A stretch of DNA of 64,000 bases, from the NCBI GenBank assembly GCA_963668625.2, contig CAXXKA010000006.1:704001-768000 (forward strand), given 5' to 3'. Below the pieces are notes generated by a model that saw only the letters and a program-made list of their open reading frames with translations, had not been told where the DNA came from and ran no database searches. Source of the DNA: an uncultured candidate division Zixibacteria bacterium. GTDB taxonomy: Bacteria; Zixibacteria; MSB-5A5; UBA10806; 4484-95. The position numbers and the translations under genes are program-made. Positions 62,261 to 64,000 of this stretch are shown piece by piece. The number at the start of each line of letters is the position of its first letter. Position 1 is the first letter of the stretch.

Positions 62261-62409
62261 GGCCGGACAGTGGTGATTTTATCTCATAAAAAGATTATTT
62301 CCCCGGTAGCTCTGACAGGCCTGCCTTTTCTATAAAGGCTTTAAAACCAGGATGATTGAAAATGAATTTCCTGTCAGAAACTATGAATAGTGAAAAATGA
62401 GGCGCCAAC

Positions 62410-63095
62410 TTGAAGAAGCTATATCTGAAATTGATGGGTGTAATTGCGGTTATGATAATTTTCATGACCCTGCCGCGCTGTTCGGATGATGACAGTGTCA
62501 ACAACACGGACGTCGAGGAAGCGATCTGGGAGCAGGTGGCAGGCAGCACCGATGCTATAGCCGATACGGCGACTTTACGTAAAATGTATTTTGTGTCAGC
62601 CACGGTATAGAGGAAATGGATATTGATACGGTTTCTAATATGTTGTCCATCTCGTTTCCATTTGCTGATGAAGGCTGGGTATGTGGAAGATATTACTTGT
62701 ATCACTTTACCGATGGAAACTGGACAAATGCTGATCAATCTTATGTTCACGGATCAAATACATCCATCTACTTTATTCCCGGTACAACCTGCGGATGGTG
62801 TGTGGGTAGCCATAGTAATATACTTCATACTACGGATGGCATGAACTGGGTTAAACAGACAAGTCCGGATTTCAATCATCAAGATGATTATGGCTTATAC
62901 GGTGTTTATTTCCAGGATACTTCTACGGGCTGGGCAGTTGGCGCCGGCGGCGTAATATTGCATACAACCGATGGCGGAGAAAACTGGTCGATACAGGAGA
63001 GCGGTACCACTAATGGGCTTACCAGTGTTTTTGCAGTTTCCTCCACAGTTTATGCTGCAGGACAAAATGGCACTGTGCTTAAGTTGCAACAGTAG
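62410..63095 (+). pseudogene. YCF48/BNR-repeat lipoprotein, split near 62605-62615
   Basis: Lipoprotein-like N-terminus and first blade (LRKMYFVSAT) stop at 62610; further blades (GWAVGAGGVILHTTDGGENW) are in another frame from 62616. Confidence 0.65.
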
Positions 63096-63117
63096 TTTTC
63101 TCTTGTTCCTAAGCGCT

Positions 63118-63264
63118 GGGGTTGTTGAAAAAGCCCTCAACGCGCGTCGCTGGGAATCTTTCCCGGCGACATTCTGCATGAAATCAGGTGTCAGGAATAG
63201 ATGAACAAAGGACTCCGTCCGCCTGACACCGCAACTACCAGATTAGGACTTTTTCAACAACCCC
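63118..63264. mobile_element. MITE family C, flanked by a CGCTG duplication inside a REP hairpin
   Basis: GGGGTTGTTGAAAAAG...CTTTTTCAACAACCCC perfect 16-bp TIR. Confidence 0.8.
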
Positions 63265-63544
63265 GCTGCTTGTGAAACTGGCCAGCGCTGGTAATTCAAT
63301 CTATACCGCTATATCAAGCGGCGTTACGAAGCGGCGCTTCGTAACGAGGGGGTAGGATACACGGCGATATTCATCCCTATGCTTCCCACAACTCATTAAT
63401 TACACATAAGATATTGTTTACTCTTGACATAGTCCGTTTTGCCGATATATTCTACAGTTCGTGTCCGGCAGACTGTTAAATCAGGTTTGCCCTCACGATC
63501 CTGTGGGCGGCATATATTCTTATGTGCCCCATACCAAATTATGA

Positions 63545-63618
63545 CGGGGTGTGGCGCAGCCTGGTAGCGCACCTGCTTTGGGAGCAGGGAGTCGGAGGTT
63601 CAAATCCTCTCACCCCGA
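63545..63618 (+). tRNA. tRNA-Pro(TGG)
   Basis: CGGGGTG acceptor, anticodon loop TTTGGGA, GGTTCAAATCC; TTGACA promoter at 63424. Confidence 0.96.
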
Positions 63619-63633
63619 TTTTAAAAGATTGAT

Positions 63634-63707
63634 GCCCCCGTAGCTCATCTGGATAGAGCATCTGCCTTCTAAGCAGAGGGTAACAGGTTCGAGTCCTGTC
63701 GGGGGTA
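63634..63707 (+). tRNA. tRNA-Arg(TCT)
   Basis: GCCCCCG acceptor, anticodon loop CTTCTAA, GGTTCGAGTCC. Confidence 0.96.
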
Positions 63708-63856
63708 TTTTTTTATGGGGAATTCAGTACCTCACCCAGCGGGTGAGTAAAATAATCATTCTGTTTTGCTTATCATGAATTGCAACCCAGCCTGCAGTCT
63801 CTCCCACCAGTTCGGTAGGGAATGCAGTCCTATCGCCTTGTGCCTGTTAAATATTC

Positions 63857-64000
63857 CTAATAAATAAAATAGCTGAACCCGCCGTGAATCCTGAATACCT
63901 TCACGCTGTCGTAATCCTCTACCTTTGTCGATTGATACTCCAGCTCCGTGAAAAAGCCGGCGTTGTCGGCAACCATGGTCATTATGCCCCATTGTAAAGC
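63857..64000 (-). CDS. C-terminus of a probable outer-membrane beta-barrel protein (runs off window end)
   Basis: Manual translation ...GFFTELEYQSTKVEDYDSVKVFRIHGGFSYFIY*; last-strand aromatic pattern. Confidence 0.55.
   Translation of the reverse strand, partial: ALQWGIMTMVADNAGFFTELEYQSTKVEDYDSVKVFRIHGGFSYFIY

Noticed and set aside
62608-62610. TAG as pyrrolysine or recoded stop
   Set aside because: The BNR repeats continue in another frame, and TAG is a normal stop elsewhere in the window
63440-63500. c-di-GMP-I riboswitch (GGCAAACC on minus strand)
   Set aside because: No GAAA tetraloop or second stem; the region is the tRNA promoter/leader
63756-63992. 78-aa ORF as an integrase next to the tRNAs
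   Set aside because: No tyrosine-recombinase motifs; another frame gives a more plausible beta-barrel C-terminus

Overview
A 64-kb bacterial chromosome segment from an anaerobic or facultative diderm. Secreted proteins ending in a 'QNYPNPFN' C-terminal sorting domain, together with 'VIG(A/S)DVTYLVxYFRG' dockerin-like repeats, suggest candidate phylum Zixibacteria or a relative (inference). Housekeeping content: Mla-type ABC transporter, pepA, dcd, porCDAB, lipA, trxB, cobO, malic enzyme, smpB, amidase, murI, rdgB and three tRNAs. Signalling content: Cache kinase plus receiver protein, NosP/FIST plus hybrid kinase, HD-GYP, stand-alone MshEN and a sigma54-type orphan flagellin. The most notable items are: (1) a compact TetR-associated locus at 47.8-57.3 kb that appears to encode a whole extracellular electron transfer chain, with both CbcL-like and ImcH-like quinol dehydrogenases, an MtrA-like decaheme, a porin, a hexaheme lipoprotein and a c554-like tetraheme (37 CxxCH plus 2 atypical motifs); (2) a two-gene cassette of a stand-alone zinc deaminase and a papain-fold Cys-His enzyme with no carrier or immunity gene; (3) an AT-rich HEPN-like/YebY-like fusion; (4) nested non-coding elements (REPs, IS200-like remnants, and a MITE found repeatedly in hairpin loops); (5) three apparently leaderless genes and a biotin-ligase homologue with a rewritten substrate loop. 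All family assignments come from motif recognition by eye; no searches were run.
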